DNA from: an uncultured Chloroflexia bacterium
GTDB taxonomy: Bacteria; Chloroflexota; Limnocylindria; Limnocylindrales; CSP1-4
Assembly (NCBI GenBank): GCA_963713975.1
Contig: OY970218.1
Coordinates: forward strand, 384,001 to 448,000
Length of the DNA: 64,000 bases
Direction of reading: 5' to 3'
Positions within the stretch are counted from its first letter, which is position 1, and each line of letters begins with the position of its first letter. Position numbers and translations under genes: made by a program. The notes under the pieces are model-generated. The model had not been told where the DNA came from. It made no database searches and saw only the letters and a program-made list of their open reading frames with translations. This document shows, in pieces, positions 39,000-48,328 of the stretch.

Positions 39000-40628
39000 T
39001 CAGGCCACCTTCCGGCCGCGGGACTTGAGGACCTCGAGGGCCGCCAGCCGGCCGTTGGCACCCATCAGGCCACCCCCGGGATGCGTGGACGAGCCCGACA
39101 GCCAGAGGTTCTGGACGGGGGTCCGGAACCTGGCGTAGCCCGGGACCGGGCGGTTGAAGAACAGCTGCTCCAGGGTGAGCTCACCCTGGAAGATGTTCCC
39201 CTCCGTGAGCCCCATCGTGCGCTCGATATCGAGCGGGGTGAGGACCTGGCGGCCGATGATGATGTCCCGGATGTTGGGCGCGAACTCCGCGATCCGGTTG
39301 ATCACCGCGTCGCCGAACGCCTCCCGGTTGCCGTTCTCGTCCCACGTTCCCAGCTCCGGCGCCAGCTTGTACGGCGCGTACTGGACGAAGCAGCTGATGA
39401 CGTGCTTGCCGGGAGGGGCCATCCCGGGATCGACCAGGGTGGGGATGATCATGTCCACGTACGGGCGGTTGCTCCAGTGGCCGTACTTGGCGTCGTCGTA
39501 GGCCTGCTCCATCTCGCGGGTCGAGGGGCTGAAGGAGACGGCGCCACGCAGGTGCTCGCCCTCACCGGGGAGGCAGGTGAAGTCGGGCAGGCGGTCGACC
39601 GCCAGGTTGACCTTGCCCGAGCTGCCGCGGAACTTGAAGCGCCGGATCTCCTGCTCGAACTCGGGCTCCAGGGTGCCCGGCTCCAGCAGGTCCAGGAAGG
39701 TGACCTTGGCATCGGTGGACGCGAGGACGACCGATGCCTCGATCTCCTCGCCCGACTCGAGCGCCACCCCGGTGGCGCGGCCGCCCTTGACGATGATCCG
39801 GGCGACGGGTGCCTCGGTGCGGATCTCGGCGCCCAGCGCCTGCGCGGCGCGGGCGATCGAGTAGGAGACGCCGCCGGTGCCGCCCTTGGGGATGCCCCAG
39901 GCCCGGAACGCGCCGTCGATCTCGCCCATGTAGTGGTGCAGCAGGACGTAGGCGGTGCCGGGGCTCCGGATGCCCTGGTAGGTGCCGATGATGCCGGACG
40001 CGGACATCGTGGCCTTCAGCGGGTCGGTCTCGAACCACTGGTCCAGGAAGTCCTTGGCGGACATCGTCATGAGCTGGACGAAGACCGCCTGCTGGCGCTC
40101 CGGCAGCTGCGCGAAGCGGCGGGCGAGGCTCGCCAGCGGCATCATCGGACGCGGGTCGTTGTCGGTGGGGTCGGCTGGCACGATGCCCAGGATCGGCTTG
40201 ATGAAGCGGGCCATCTCCACCATGAGCTGGCCGTACTCCTCGTACGCCTCGGCGTCGCTCTTGCTCCAGCGGCGAAGCTCGCGGACGGTCCGGCCGTGGT
40301 CGTTGACGCGCCACAGGTAGTCGCCGCCGCCGCCCTTCGGCCCCTCGCCGGGACGGAGCGGGGTGAACGTGCCGTCGAGCGGGAGGATGTCCAGGCCGTG
40401 CTTGGGGAGGTCCAGGTCCCGGATGATCTCCGGCCGCAGCAGGCTGACGACGTAGCTGGCCACGGAGAACCGGAAGCCCGGCACGATCTCCTCGGTGACC
40501 GCGGCACCGCCCAGGACGTGGCGCCGCTCGAGGACCAGCGTCTTGAGCCCGGCGCGCGCCAGGTAGGCGGCGGAGATGAGGCCGTTGTGCCCCCCGCCGA
40601 TGATCACCGCGTCGTAGCGCTGCGCCAC
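39000..40628 (-). CDS. Phytoene-desaturase-like (PYROXD2-type) FAD/NAD(P) oxidoreductase, copy A
   Basis: IIGGGHNGL, LGGAAVTEE..PGFRFS.ASYVVSLLRP, AYVLLHHYMG, GLTEGNIFQGEL, THPGGG; RBS GGAGG with GTG start. Confidence 0.88.
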   Translation of the reverse strand: MAQRYDAVIIGGGHNGLISAAYLARAGLKTLVLERRHVLGGAAVTEEIVPGFRFSVASYVVSLLRPEIIRDLDLPKHGLDILPLDGTFTPLRPGEGPKGGGGDYLWRVNDHGRTVRELRRWSKSDAEAYEEYGQLMVEMARFIKPILGIVPADPTDNDPRPMMPLASLARRFAQLPERQQAVFVQLMTMSAKDFLDQWFETDPLKATMSASGIIGTYQGIRSPGTAYVLLHHYMGEIDGAFRAWGIPKGGTGGVSYSIARAAQALGAEIRTEAPVARIIVKGGRATGVALESGEEIEASVVLASTDAKVTFLDLLEPGTLEPEFEQEIRRFKFRGSSGKVNLAVDRLPDFTCLPGEGEHLRGAVSFSPSTREMEQAYDDAKYGHWSNRPYVDMIIPTLVDPGMAPPGKHVISCFVQYAPYKLAPELGTWDENGNREAFGDAVINRIAEFAPNIRDIIIGRQVLTPLDIERTMGLTEGNIFQGELTLEQLFFNRPVPGYARFRTPVQNLWLSGSSTHPGGGLMGANGRLAALEVLKSRGRKVA

Positions 40629-40701
40629 GCCACCCTCCAGTCGGGACGGTGCGACCGGGCTTTGCGCTCCATGCGATGCGCACGGAGCCGATCGCTTATT
40701 C

Positions 40702-40727
40702 AGCCTGCATCGTGTTGATGCAGTCTA
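40702..40727. promoter_or_regulatory. Palindromic operator AGCCTGCAT-N7-ATGCAGTCT overlapping a minus-strand -10 (TAGACT)
   Basis: Inverted repeat CTGCATC/GATGCAG at 40705-40723, upstream of the flavoprotein pair; similar site at 44275-44299. Confidence 0.6.
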
Positions 40728-40762
40728 GCGCGAGACGGCCGGCGCCCCGGAGGCATCGATCC

Positions 40763-43705
40763 CTACCATCCCTCGCCCAGCGCCAGCTCGAGGGCCGTGA
40801 CCACCACGTCCGCGCTCTCCCGGGTCAGGCACAGCGGCGGCTTCACCTTCAGGACGTTGTTGCCGTCGCCCGTGGGCTGGATGACCACGCCAAGCTCCAG
40901 CATCCGCTCGCAGATCGCGAGTGCCTCCTCTGTGGCGGGCTCGAGCGTCCCGGGATCCCGGACGAGCTCCACACCCAGGTAGAGGCCTATGCCGTGCACG
41001 GCGCCAACGATCGGGTGTCGCGCCGCCACGGACTCGAGACCGGCCCTCAGGTGCGCCCCCACGACGCGGGCGTTGTCCTGGAGGCGCTCCCCATCGATCG
41101 TCTCAAGCACCGCGATCCCGGCCGCACACGTCACAGGCGACCCCCCGACGCTGGAGAAGAACGAGCCCTCGGTGGTGAAGGCGTCCGCGATCTCCCTGGT
41201 CGTGATCACGGCGCCAACGGCCATCCCATTCCCGGCCGCCTTGGCGATGCTGACGATGTCGGGGATCACGCCCTGCTGCTCGAACGCCCACCGGTGCTCG
41301 CCCAGGCGGCCGTAGCCCGTCTGCACCTCGTCCGCGATGGCCACGCCCCCGGCCGATCGCACAGCCGCATACGCCTGCACGAGGTAGCCGTCCGGCAGGA
41401 CCACGCCACCCGCGTTGCCGAACAGCGGTTCGGCGATGAACGCGGCCGGTCGGCGGCCCTCGGCGGCCAGGCGGGCGATCGTCGCCCGGACGTCATCCGC
41501 GTACCTGGTGCCGGCGTCCGCGCCGCGATGGGTGCCCCGATAGGTGTTGGGTGCATCCACCAGGTGTACCCATGCGGGCCGGGTTCCCGCGGCATGCGGG
41601 TTGTCGGCGTGCGAGGTGGTGATGGCGTCGGTCGCCCCCGTCCAGCCGTGGTAGGCACCGCGCACGGCGAGAACGTCGGTCGCACCGGTCGCCGTGCGGG
41701 CCAGGCGAAGCGCGAGCTCGTTCGCCTCGCTGCCGGTGTTGACCAGGAAGACGGTGTCGAGCGAGGCGGGGAACCGTGCCGCGAGCGCCTCGGCAAGCTC
41801 GACCATCGCGGCGTAGAGGAACCGGGAGTTGGTGTTGAGCCGGGCGAGCTGGCGGCGGACGGCCGCCTCGACGGCCGGGTGGCTGTGCCCCAGGACGGCG
41901 ATGTTGTTGACGACGTCGACGTATGCGCGGCCCCGGCTGTCCACCAGGTGGTGGCGCCATCCGCGCTCGATGCGGGGCGGGTCCCCGAAGTACTGCACCT
42001 GGACGCCCGCAAGGACGCGCTCGCGACGGGCGAGGAGGTCGGCGGCGTCGTCCGGCGGAGCGACGGCCAGGCCCGGCGGGAGGCCCAGCAGCACCGATGG
42101 ATCCGGGCACAGCGCCAGCCAGGCGCCCGCGAGGGACGCGACCGCGACGCGGGGAGCTTCGAGACCTGGCGCCGCGATGCGCTGGACGTGGACGTGAGGC
42201 GGGAGGCCGTCCGGTCCGTCGGTCGCCACGACGCCGAGAGCATTCCCACAGGAGACCTCGACGCCGTCCTCCGGCGCCGGATCGAGCCCGTCGAGACGGA
42301 GGTCGAAGGCCCCGGCCGCGATGACGACACCGGCTGGCGTTCGTCGCACGGTGCCGCCGATCGGGGCGGCAACGGGGGTCCCGGCCGCGGCGAAGACGTC
42401 GACCCCGAGGTGGATCGTGGCCGGCTCGTCGACGGCGTCGAGGACCGTGTCCACCAGCCGCGCCTCGCCCCAGCGTCCGACCGGCGTCCCGTCCACGGCG
42501 CTCACGATCGCGGCTGCGGCGCCCGGGTCACCCGTCGCGCTGCCCGGCAGGGCGTCGGCCGTGGTCGACAGATCGATGGCCACGGGCTCGCCCGTCCATG
42601 CGAGCAGTGGCGCCGTGGATAGCCTCGTCGACGGGCGCTCGCCCGAACCCATGCCCGCTGCTTCCCGCAGCACCTCGGTGGCGAGATCGAACGGCACGGC
42701 GGCGACCGCCTCGAGTGCCGCCCATTCCTCCTCCCGCGTCTCGTGGACGTACACGTTGTCCCGCTCCAGCGCCGCCTGCTGGTCCCCGCTCACCGCCACG
42801 GCTGCCGACCTGGCGACCACCATCGGCCAGATGGCGGCCAGCTCGACGCCCGTCAGGGGCAGCAGGGGCAGGAAGCCCCGCGCCACGTCGCGCGCCAGCT
42901 GGAGCGGACGCTCGAGGGCATGGGCGGCATCGGCTGCGATCGTCACCGCCAGCTCCGCGGCCAGCCAGGTGCGTGAGAGGTCGCCGAAGTCGATCAGGCC
43001 AACGGGCATCGGCCGGCCGGCCCCGTCGCGGCGGGTCACGGTGTTGAGGTCGGTCACGTCCTGGTGGACCACGCCCGTGCGCAGGTCGGGCCCCAGCCTC
43101 GCCAGCACTGCGCCTGCCTCGTCCATCGACGCCTCCGCGAGCCGGCGGCGAGCTTGGGTGGACGCGTAGGGCAGCAGCGCCTCAACGACGGAGGCCGCAT
43201 GACGCAGGTCCCACTGGAGGTGGCGGTCAAGCCCCGGGTGATCCCACCCGTCGAGCGCCAGGGCGATCCGCGCCGACATCTCCCCGTGGGCCCGGAGCAC
43301 GACCGGTGCGAGGTACCCGGCCCGGTCCATGGGCTCACCGTCGATCCAGGACACGAGCCGGAGGTCATGGGGCTCGCCCGCCGTGGTCTGCGCCCGGGCG
43401 ATCAGCGACCCGTCAACCGCCGGCTGCGGCACCGGCACCTCGAACGGCAGCCCGGCGGACGCCGCCCGGAGCATCGCCGCGTTCTCCGCCTCCAGCTCCC
43501 GGCGGCCAAGGCCCTGGCGTGCCACCTTGAACACGAAGCGGCCGTCCGCCGCGTCCACCAGGTAGTTGCGGTCCTGGTGGCTGCCGAGTTCGCGCCTCAG
43601 GCCATCGCGCCCGAAGTGGCGACGGAGGAGGCGCGCCGCTTCGGCGGCATCGGTGTCCGGCCGGCGGTGCTCGTGGCCGTCGAAGGGGTTGAGGCGTTCC
43701 GTCAT
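40763..43705 (-). CDS. Fusion: APH-like kinase (hydroxylysine kinase-like) + M23-like domain + class III PLP aminotransferase/phospholyase
   Basis: HQDVTDLN and IDFGD (kinase); IHLGVD and PPHVHVQ (M23); LGHSHP, NTGSEANE, DEVQTGYGR, SIAKAAGNG (class III PLP). Confidence 0.88.
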   Translation of the reverse strand: MTERLNPFDGHEHRRPDTDAAEAARLLRRHFGRDGLRRELGSHQDRNYLVDAADGRFVFKVARQGLGRRELEAENAAMLRAASAGLPFEVPVPQPAVDGSLIARAQTTAGEPHDLRLVSWIDGEPMDRAGYLAPVVLRAHGEMSARIALALDGWDHPGLDRHLQWDLRHAASVVEALLPYASTQARRRLAEASMDEAGAVLARLGPDLRTGVVHQDVTDLNTVTRRDGAGRPMPVGLIDFGDLSRTWLAAELAVTIAADAAHALERPLQLARDVARGFLPLLPLTGVELAAIWPMVVARSAAVAVSGDQQAALERDNVYVHETREEEWAALEAVAAVPFDLATEVLREAAGMGSGERPSTRLSTAPLLAWTGEPVAIDLSTTADALPGSATGDPGAAAAIVSAVDGTPVGRWGEARLVDTVLDAVDEPATIHLGVDVFAAAGTPVAAPIGGTVRRTPAGVVIAAGAFDLRLDGLDPAPEDGVEVSCGNALGVVATDGPDGLPPHVHVQRIAAPGLEAPRVAVASLAGAWLALCPDPSVLLGLPPGLAVAPPDDAADLLARRERVLAGVQVQYFGDPPRIERGWRHHLVDSRGRAYVDVVNNIAVLGHSHPAVEAAVRRQLARLNTNSRFLYAAMVELAEALAARFPASLDTVFLVNTGSEANELALRLARTATGATDVLAVRGAYHGWTGATDAITTSHADNPHAAGTRPAWVHLVDAPNTYRGTHRGADAGTRYADDVRATIARLAAEGRRPAAFIAEPLFGNAGGVVLPDGYLVQAYAAVRSAGGVAIADEVQTGYGRLGEHRWAFEQQGVIPDIVSIAKAAGNGMAVGAVITTREIADAFTTEGSFFSSVGGSPVTCAAGIAVLETIDGERLQDNARVVGAHLRAGLESVAARHPIVGAVHGIGLYLGVELVRDPGTLEPATEEALAICERMLELGVVIQPTGDGNNVLKVKPPLCLTRESADVVVTALELALGEGW

Positions 43706-43781
43706 GGCGCCATCGTGGCAGAGCCGCGGGCCGCGGGTTCGGCTTACCGGCCCGGTGCTCCCTCGTGTACCGTCCCGTCTC

Positions 43782-44222
43782 GTGAGCAACAAGCGGACGC
43801 GACCGGGCGCCAGTGAGCCCACCGGTGCTGGGACCTCGATGGGTGTCCGCCTGCGCTCGGGCACGGGGATGCTGATCGTTGGCGGGACGCTGGCTGCCGT
43901 CGGGGTTCTGCTGCCCTGGTTCGACATGCCTGGAGGCGTGACCACGGCCGGCGTCGAGTCGATGGCCGGAGTTGGCGCGCTCGTGCTCGGACTGGTCGCC
44001 GCCGCCATCGGCGCCTTCCTGCTGCGCCGGCCAGGTCACCCCGCCACCCGCGTGATGGCCTGGGTGGCGCTGATCGCGTCGCTCGGGATCCTGGGTCTCG
44101 CCCTGCTCGCCGTCTCGATCGCCGGCCCCGACGGTGGCACCGGTGCCACGGGGCTGCTGCTCTCGGTCATGGGAGGAGTGGTCGCCACGATGGGCTGCCG
44201 CGGGCTGCTCACGCGCTACTGA
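43782..44222 (+). CDS. Small 4-TM membrane protein
   Basis: Four hydrophobic segments, LLPWF motif; -10-like TACCGT 8 nt before the GTG. Confidence 0.65.
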   Translation: MSNKRTRPGASEPTGAGTSMGVRLRSGTGMLIVGGTLAAVGVLLPWFDMPGGVTTAGVESMAGVGALVLGLVAAAIGAFLLRRPGHPATRVMAWVALIASLGILGLALLAVSIAGPDGGTGATGLLLSVMGGVVATMGCRGLLTRY

Positions 44223-44274
44223 GTGGCCGGCCGCTCGGGCGATCGGCGCCAGGGCCGGCAAGGGCTCGTGATCC

Positions 44275-44299
44275 AGCCTGCATGCATCTCATGCATACT
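44275..44299. promoter_or_regulatory. Palindromic operator AGCCTGCAT-N7-ATGCATACT overlapping a plus-strand -10 (CATACT)
   Basis: TGCATG/CATGCA inverted repeat at 44279-44295; RBS AGGAGGA and GTG start at 44328 follow. Confidence 0.6.
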
Positions 44300-44327
44300 C
44301 ACCGGGGTCACCAGCAGGAGGAGCCTC

Positions 44328-45518
44328 GTGAGCGTCGGCACCGCGTTCCATCCCCGCACTGCCCCCCTCAACAGGAAGATGCAGTGGCGGGAGTGGGCGG
44401 GCTTTTTCGCGTCCTCCGTGTACGCCGACTTCCACGACATCGAGTACAACGCGATCCGTGAAGCCGCCGCAGTCATCGACGTCAGCCCGCTGTACAAGTA
44501 CCGCGTCAGCGGGCCGGACGCGCTCCGCCTGGCCGACCGCGTCATCACGCGGGACGCCACGAAGCTGAAGGTGGGCCAGGTCTTCTACACGCCGTGGTGT
44601 GACGAGCACGGCAAGGTGATCGACGACGGGACCGTCCACCGCACGGGCGAGCAGGAGCTCCGCTGGACCGCCGCCGACCCCCAGTTCCGCTGGCTGACCC
44701 TGAACGCCGCGGGTCTCGACGTCGAGATCGAGGACGTCAGCGAGTCGGTCGGCGCGCTGGCCCTCCAGGGACCGTTCAGCCGGGCCGTGCTGGAGGCGGC
44801 GACGGGCGAGGACTTCGCGGACCTGCGCTACTTCCGGCGGCGTGCGAGCCGGATCGGCAAGGTCGCCATCGACGTCAGCCGCACGGGCTACACGGGTGAT
44901 CTGGGCTACGAGCTGTGGGTGCCTGCCGAGGCCGCGCCCGAGGTCTGGGACGCGCTGTTCGCGGCCGGCAAGGCCTACGCCATCCGCCCGGCGGGGATGC
45001 TGGCGCTGGACGTGGTCCGCCTCGAGGCCGGGCTGATCATGCTGGACGTGGACTACACGTCGGCCCGCCACGCCATGAACCCCGAGCAGAGCTACAGCCC
45101 ATACGAGATCGGGCTGGGCAACCTCGTCTCGTTCGACAAGGGCGACTACGTCGGCCGACGCGCCCTCCAGGCCGAGGTTGCAGCGGGCGGACCGCCGCGT
45201 CGCCTGGTCGGCCTCCAGATGGACTGGTACGACATCGAGGGCCTGTTCGACGCCCAGGGCCTGCCGCCCGGGTTGTCGCCCTATGTGGACCGCTCGCCGG
45301 TTCCCGTGTTCGCCGACGGACGCCAGGTCGGCAGGGCCACCTCGCTCGGCTGGAGCCCGATCCTCAAGCAGGCGCTCGCGCTCGCATTCGTGCCGGCTCG
45401 TCACGAGCGAGTGGGTTCCCGGCTCCAGGTCGAGTGGACCGTGGAGGGTCGCCGAGGGCGCGTGGCGGCCACGGTCGTGGAGCTGCCGTTCCTGGATCTC
45501 GACCGCAAGCGGACCTGA
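44328..45518 (+). CDS. Aminomethyltransferase (GcvT/DmdA-like, folate-binding) family protein
   Basis: EYNAIREAAAVIDVSPL, GKVIDDGT, ALQGP, SRTGYTGDLGYELW, RLEAG, RRLVGL. Confidence 0.9.
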   Translation: MSVGTAFHPRTAPLNRKMQWREWAGFFASSVYADFHDIEYNAIREAAAVIDVSPLYKYRVSGPDALRLADRVITRDATKLKVGQVFYTPWCDEHGKVIDDGTVHRTGEQELRWTAADPQFRWLTLNAAGLDVEIEDVSESVGALALQGPFSRAVLEAATGEDFADLRYFRRRASRIGKVAIDVSRTGYTGDLGYELWVPAEAAPEVWDALFAAGKAYAIRPAGMLALDVVRLEAGLIMLDVDYTSARHAMNPEQSYSPYEIGLGNLVSFDKGDYVGRRALQAEVAAGGPPRRLVGLQMDWYDIEGLFDAQGLPPGLSPYVDRSPVPVFADGRQVGRATSLGWSPILKQALALAFVPARHERVGSRLQVEWTVEGRRGRVAATVVELPFLDLDRKRT

Positions 45519-45593
45519 TCCGCGAGGTCGCCGCGGGAGGCCTCAGCGCCCGCCCTGCCCGGGTGACGTGGGTGCTGCCGGGGAGGCCTGCGC

Positions 45594-46298
45594 TCAGCCT
45601 CCCTGGATGGTTGCACCGGAGGTGGTCTCCACGGACACGGATGCAGGCTTCCTGATGAGCACCACGGACGAGCCACCGCTTGCGGTCCCGCTCAGCGCGC
45701 CGGTGACGGTGAGCTCGGCGGTCGACCCGTCGTTCATGCTGATGGTCGCGTTGCCGGCCGTCAGCTCGCCCAGCAGGGCCTTGCCGCCGGCCGCGGTCGT
45801 CAGCGTCAGGTCGGGCGTGGTGCCGATCGCGGTGATGGAAGCACCACCCGACGCATCGAGGTTGAGCGGCCCGCCGGTGTGCTCGACATAGCCCTGGGCC
45901 CCGCTCGAGAGGGCGACCGACGTGAGTTCGGGGACGCGCAGCGAGAGCGACATCGGCTCCGTGGTGGTCACGCCGGGTGACGGGATCGTCACGATGAGCT
46001 GCCCATCCACGACCTCGGTCTTGATCAGGGGCAGCAGGTTCGGCTGGGCCTGCACCGTGACGCTGGACTTGTCCCCGACGCCGACGACCACCTTCATCCC
46101 CACACCGACGCTGACGCGGCTGAACGCGGTCAGGTCCCGCACCTCGGTCTGGACGTCGCCCTCACCCGCGGCCGGGCTCACCTCGGAGGCCACGGGGTTG
46201 AGCGGGCCGCAACCGGCGATGACCGGTGCGAGACCGAGCGTCGCGACGACGGTGAGGCAGAGGAGGAGGGAGGCGCGGCGTGGCGCGCGAGCGGGCAT
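45594..46298 (-). CDS. GIN-domain (DUF2807) lipoprotein
   Basis: Lipobox VIAGC; GEGDVQTEVRDL..FSRV, QPNLLPLIKTEV.DG.L, beta-solenoid SG repeats, ASGGSSV. Confidence 0.8.
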   Translation of the reverse strand: MPARAPRRASLLLCLTVVATLGLAPVIAGCGPLNPVASEVSPAAGEGDVQTEVRDLTAFSRVSVGVGMKVVVGVGDKSSVTVQAQPNLLPLIKTEVVDGQLIVTIPSPGVTTTEPMSLSLRVPELTSVALSSGAQGYVEHTGGPLNLDASGGASITAIGTTPDLTLTTAAGGKALLGELTAGNATISMNDGSTAELTVTGALSGTASGGSSVVLIRKPASVSVETTSGATIQGG

Positions 46299-46421
46299 AT
46301 CGGGACTCCGTGCAATGAGCGCACCGGGAGGATGCCTCCGGGAGGGGCCGGCACCGGAGAGCCGGAGGGGCCAACTCCACGGGCCGCTGGTCCCCGTGGT
46401 GGGGGCCGGTCGGGCCGGTCG

Positions 46422-47552
46422 TCAGGACTCTCTGCCCAGGACGCGGTCGGCGAAGGCCTCCAAGCCCGCGAGCGCGACGGGGAGATCCACCCTGCCGAAG
46501 CCCAGGCGGAAGTGGTTGCCGGCGTGGCCGAAGATCGAGCCGGGGGCGATCAGCACGCCCTCCGCCTCCACCAGGTCCTGGGCGAACCGGTCAACCGGCA
46601 CCGGGCCCCGAAGCTCCGGGAACCCGACCGGGGCACCGCGCGGCCGCACCCACGCGAACTGGTCCGGCCGCCGGAGGAAGAAGTCGTCGAGCAGCGCCAG
46701 GTTCGCGTCCACGATCGAGCGGGAGCGGGCAAGCACGCGGTCCCGGGCGCGCAGGGCGATCAGCGACAGGATCTCGGCCGGCGCAGAGGCACAGATCGTC
46801 GTGTAGTCCTTGAACCGGGCAGCCCGATCCAGCAGCCGTGCGTCGCGCGTCGCCAGCCAGCCGATCCGCAGGCCGGCCAGCGCGAACGATTTGGACATCA
46901 CGCCGACGCTCACGCCGTGCGGCCCCACGTCGGCGCCGGCGGGGAGCCGGTCAGTGCCGTCGTGCTCGAGGAAGCGGTACACCTCGTCGGACAGGAGCGT
47001 GGCGCCCGCATCGGCGGCGATGTCCACAATCTCGAGGTAGGTCGTGGCGTCCGGAACGTGGCCCGTGGGATTGTGGGGAACGTTCACGACGATCAGCCTG
47101 GTGCGTGGCGTGACCTGGGAGCGAAGGAGATCGAGGTCGATGGCCCAGCCGTTTTCGGCGCGGAGCTCGTGGAGTGTCACGTCGGCACCGGTCGCGCGTG
47201 CGACCTCGTGCAGGGACTGGTACGCCGGCCAGGTCACGATCGCGTGGTCTCCCGGGCCGAGGAGGACGTTGGCCGTCACGAAGATGGCCTCCTCCGCCCC
47301 ACTGAAGACCAGCACGTCGTCCGGGGTGATCGATTCGTAGAGCCCGGCGATCTCGCGCCGCAGGAGCGGGTGTCCGGGAGCCTCCGTGTAGCCGAGGCGC
47401 AGGCCGCGCCACAGGTCGGACGTATCGGCATCGGCCAGGGCGAGCAGGTCGGCCATCGGCCAGCCCTCGACGTCCGAGGCGCACAGGAGGTGGCGCACCG
47501 AGAACTCGTAGCGTGCGAAGAACCGCTCGAGCTCGAAGTCCTCGATCCGCAT
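46422..47552 (-). CDS. Class I/II PLP-dependent aminotransferase
   Basis: FELERFF, LGYTEAPG..LR, NVPHNPTG, SDEVYR, MSKSFALAGLRIGW, FRLGFGR. Confidence 0.9.
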   Translation of the reverse strand: MRIEDFELERFFARYEFSVRHLLCASDVEGWPMADLLALADADTSDLWRGLRLGYTEAPGHPLLRREIAGLYESITPDDVLVFSGAEEAIFVTANVLLGPGDHAIVTWPAYQSLHEVARATGADVTLHELRAENGWAIDLDLLRSQVTPRTRLIVVNVPHNPTGHVPDATTYLEIVDIAADAGATLLSDEVYRFLEHDGTDRLPAGADVGPHGVSVGVMSKSFALAGLRIGWLATRDARLLDRAARFKDYTTICASAPAEILSLIALRARDRVLARSRSIVDANLALLDDFFLRRPDQFAWVRPRGAPVGFPELRGPVPVDRFAQDLVEAEGVLIAPGSIFGHAGNHFRLGFGRVDLPVALAGLEAFADRVLGRES

Positions 47553-47563
47553 GGCGGGTGGGA

Positions 47564-48265
47564 CTACCCGGGAACTACCGCGAGGGCCTGCGCGAACGCA
47601 CGCGTGGTCGCCTCGTCGAGCCCGTGGGTCACGAACAGCCAGCTCGGGTTCTCGCCGCGGGCGGCGACGATCGCGTACCCACCGTCGTCGAGGGTCGAGA
47701 TCGTCCCGTCGAGGGGACCCAGGGCCGCCTCCCCGATCTCCGTCCCGGACGGCACGCAGCCGGTTTCGTCGGCGCAGAACGCGCCCTCGGTCAGGGCAAT
47801 CGTGGCGCCGGCCGGACCCTTGTAGCCGATGAGCAGCTTGCCGCCGTTGGCCTGCCGATAGGTGCCCTGGGACACGAACCAGCCCTTCGGCAGGACGCCG
47901 CACAGGACCGGCCAGTCCGTGACGCGCGCGAAGCCCGCGAAGAACTCCTGGTTGCCGGCGTTGCCGCTGCACTCGCCATCGGCGGCCTGGGTCGCAGCGG
48001 CAGACGGCGTCGCGCCCGGGGCCTCCGACTCCACCACGGGCTCGGTCTCCGCCGGGAGCTCCGTCTCGCCGGGCGTGGCGGATTCGACGGGTGGCTCCGA
48101 CTCGGTGGGGGCGCCGGTCGGCTCAGCGGTGGCGCCGGGAGGCTCGGAGGCCCGCGGTGATTCGGTCACGGGTGCCGTGGTGGCCGCGCTCGACGGCGTG
48201 CCGGTGCCGCAGGCGGCGAGGAGCCCGGCGATCACCACGAGGAGCGTGACACGGAGGCGGAGCAC
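47564..48265 (-). CDS. Lipoprotein with Pro/Thr/Glu/Ser-rich linker
   Basis: LLAAC lipobox, low-complexity linker, C-terminal domain with 4 Cys (LPKGWFV). Confidence 0.75.
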   Translation of the reverse strand: MLRLRVTLLVVIAGLLAACGTGTPSSAATTAPVTESPRASEPPGATAEPTGAPTESEPPVESATPGETELPAETEPVVESEAPGATPSAAATQAADGECSGNAGNQEFFAGFARVTDWPVLCGVLPKGWFVSQGTYRQANGGKLLIGYKGPAGATIALTEGAFCADETGCVPSGTEIGEAALGPLDGTISTLDDGGYAIVAARGENPSWLFVTHGLDEATTRAFAQALAVVPG

Positions 48266-48328
48266 GGCCACAGGGTACCGGCCGCGCGCCGGCACCGCTC
48301 CGCACGGACCGGTCACGGCCCGGGCGGG

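Noticed and set aside
37384-40628. Carotenoid biosynthesis (crtI) call
   Set aside because: No crtB/crtE/crtY in the window, and the motifs fit the PYROXD2-like branch rather than CrtI.
40701-44283. CAGCCTGCAT direct repeat as a target-site duplication of an inserted element
   Set aside because: No mobility genes; both copies are left arms of a longer palindrome, so an operator explains them better.
44328-45518. Glycine cleavage T protein (gcvT)
   Set aside because: No gcvH/gcvP nearby; the sequence resembles stand-alone DmdA/LigM-like folate-binding proteins.
46422-47552. CobD/CobC assignment based on position after the B12 transporter
   Set aside because: The upstream lipoprotein gene has its own -10 element, and no CobD-specific features could be confirmed.
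47990-48200. Repetitive-looking sequence as a possible array
   Set aside because: Low-complexity P/T/E/S linker of a lipoprotein; no constant repeat-spacer structure.
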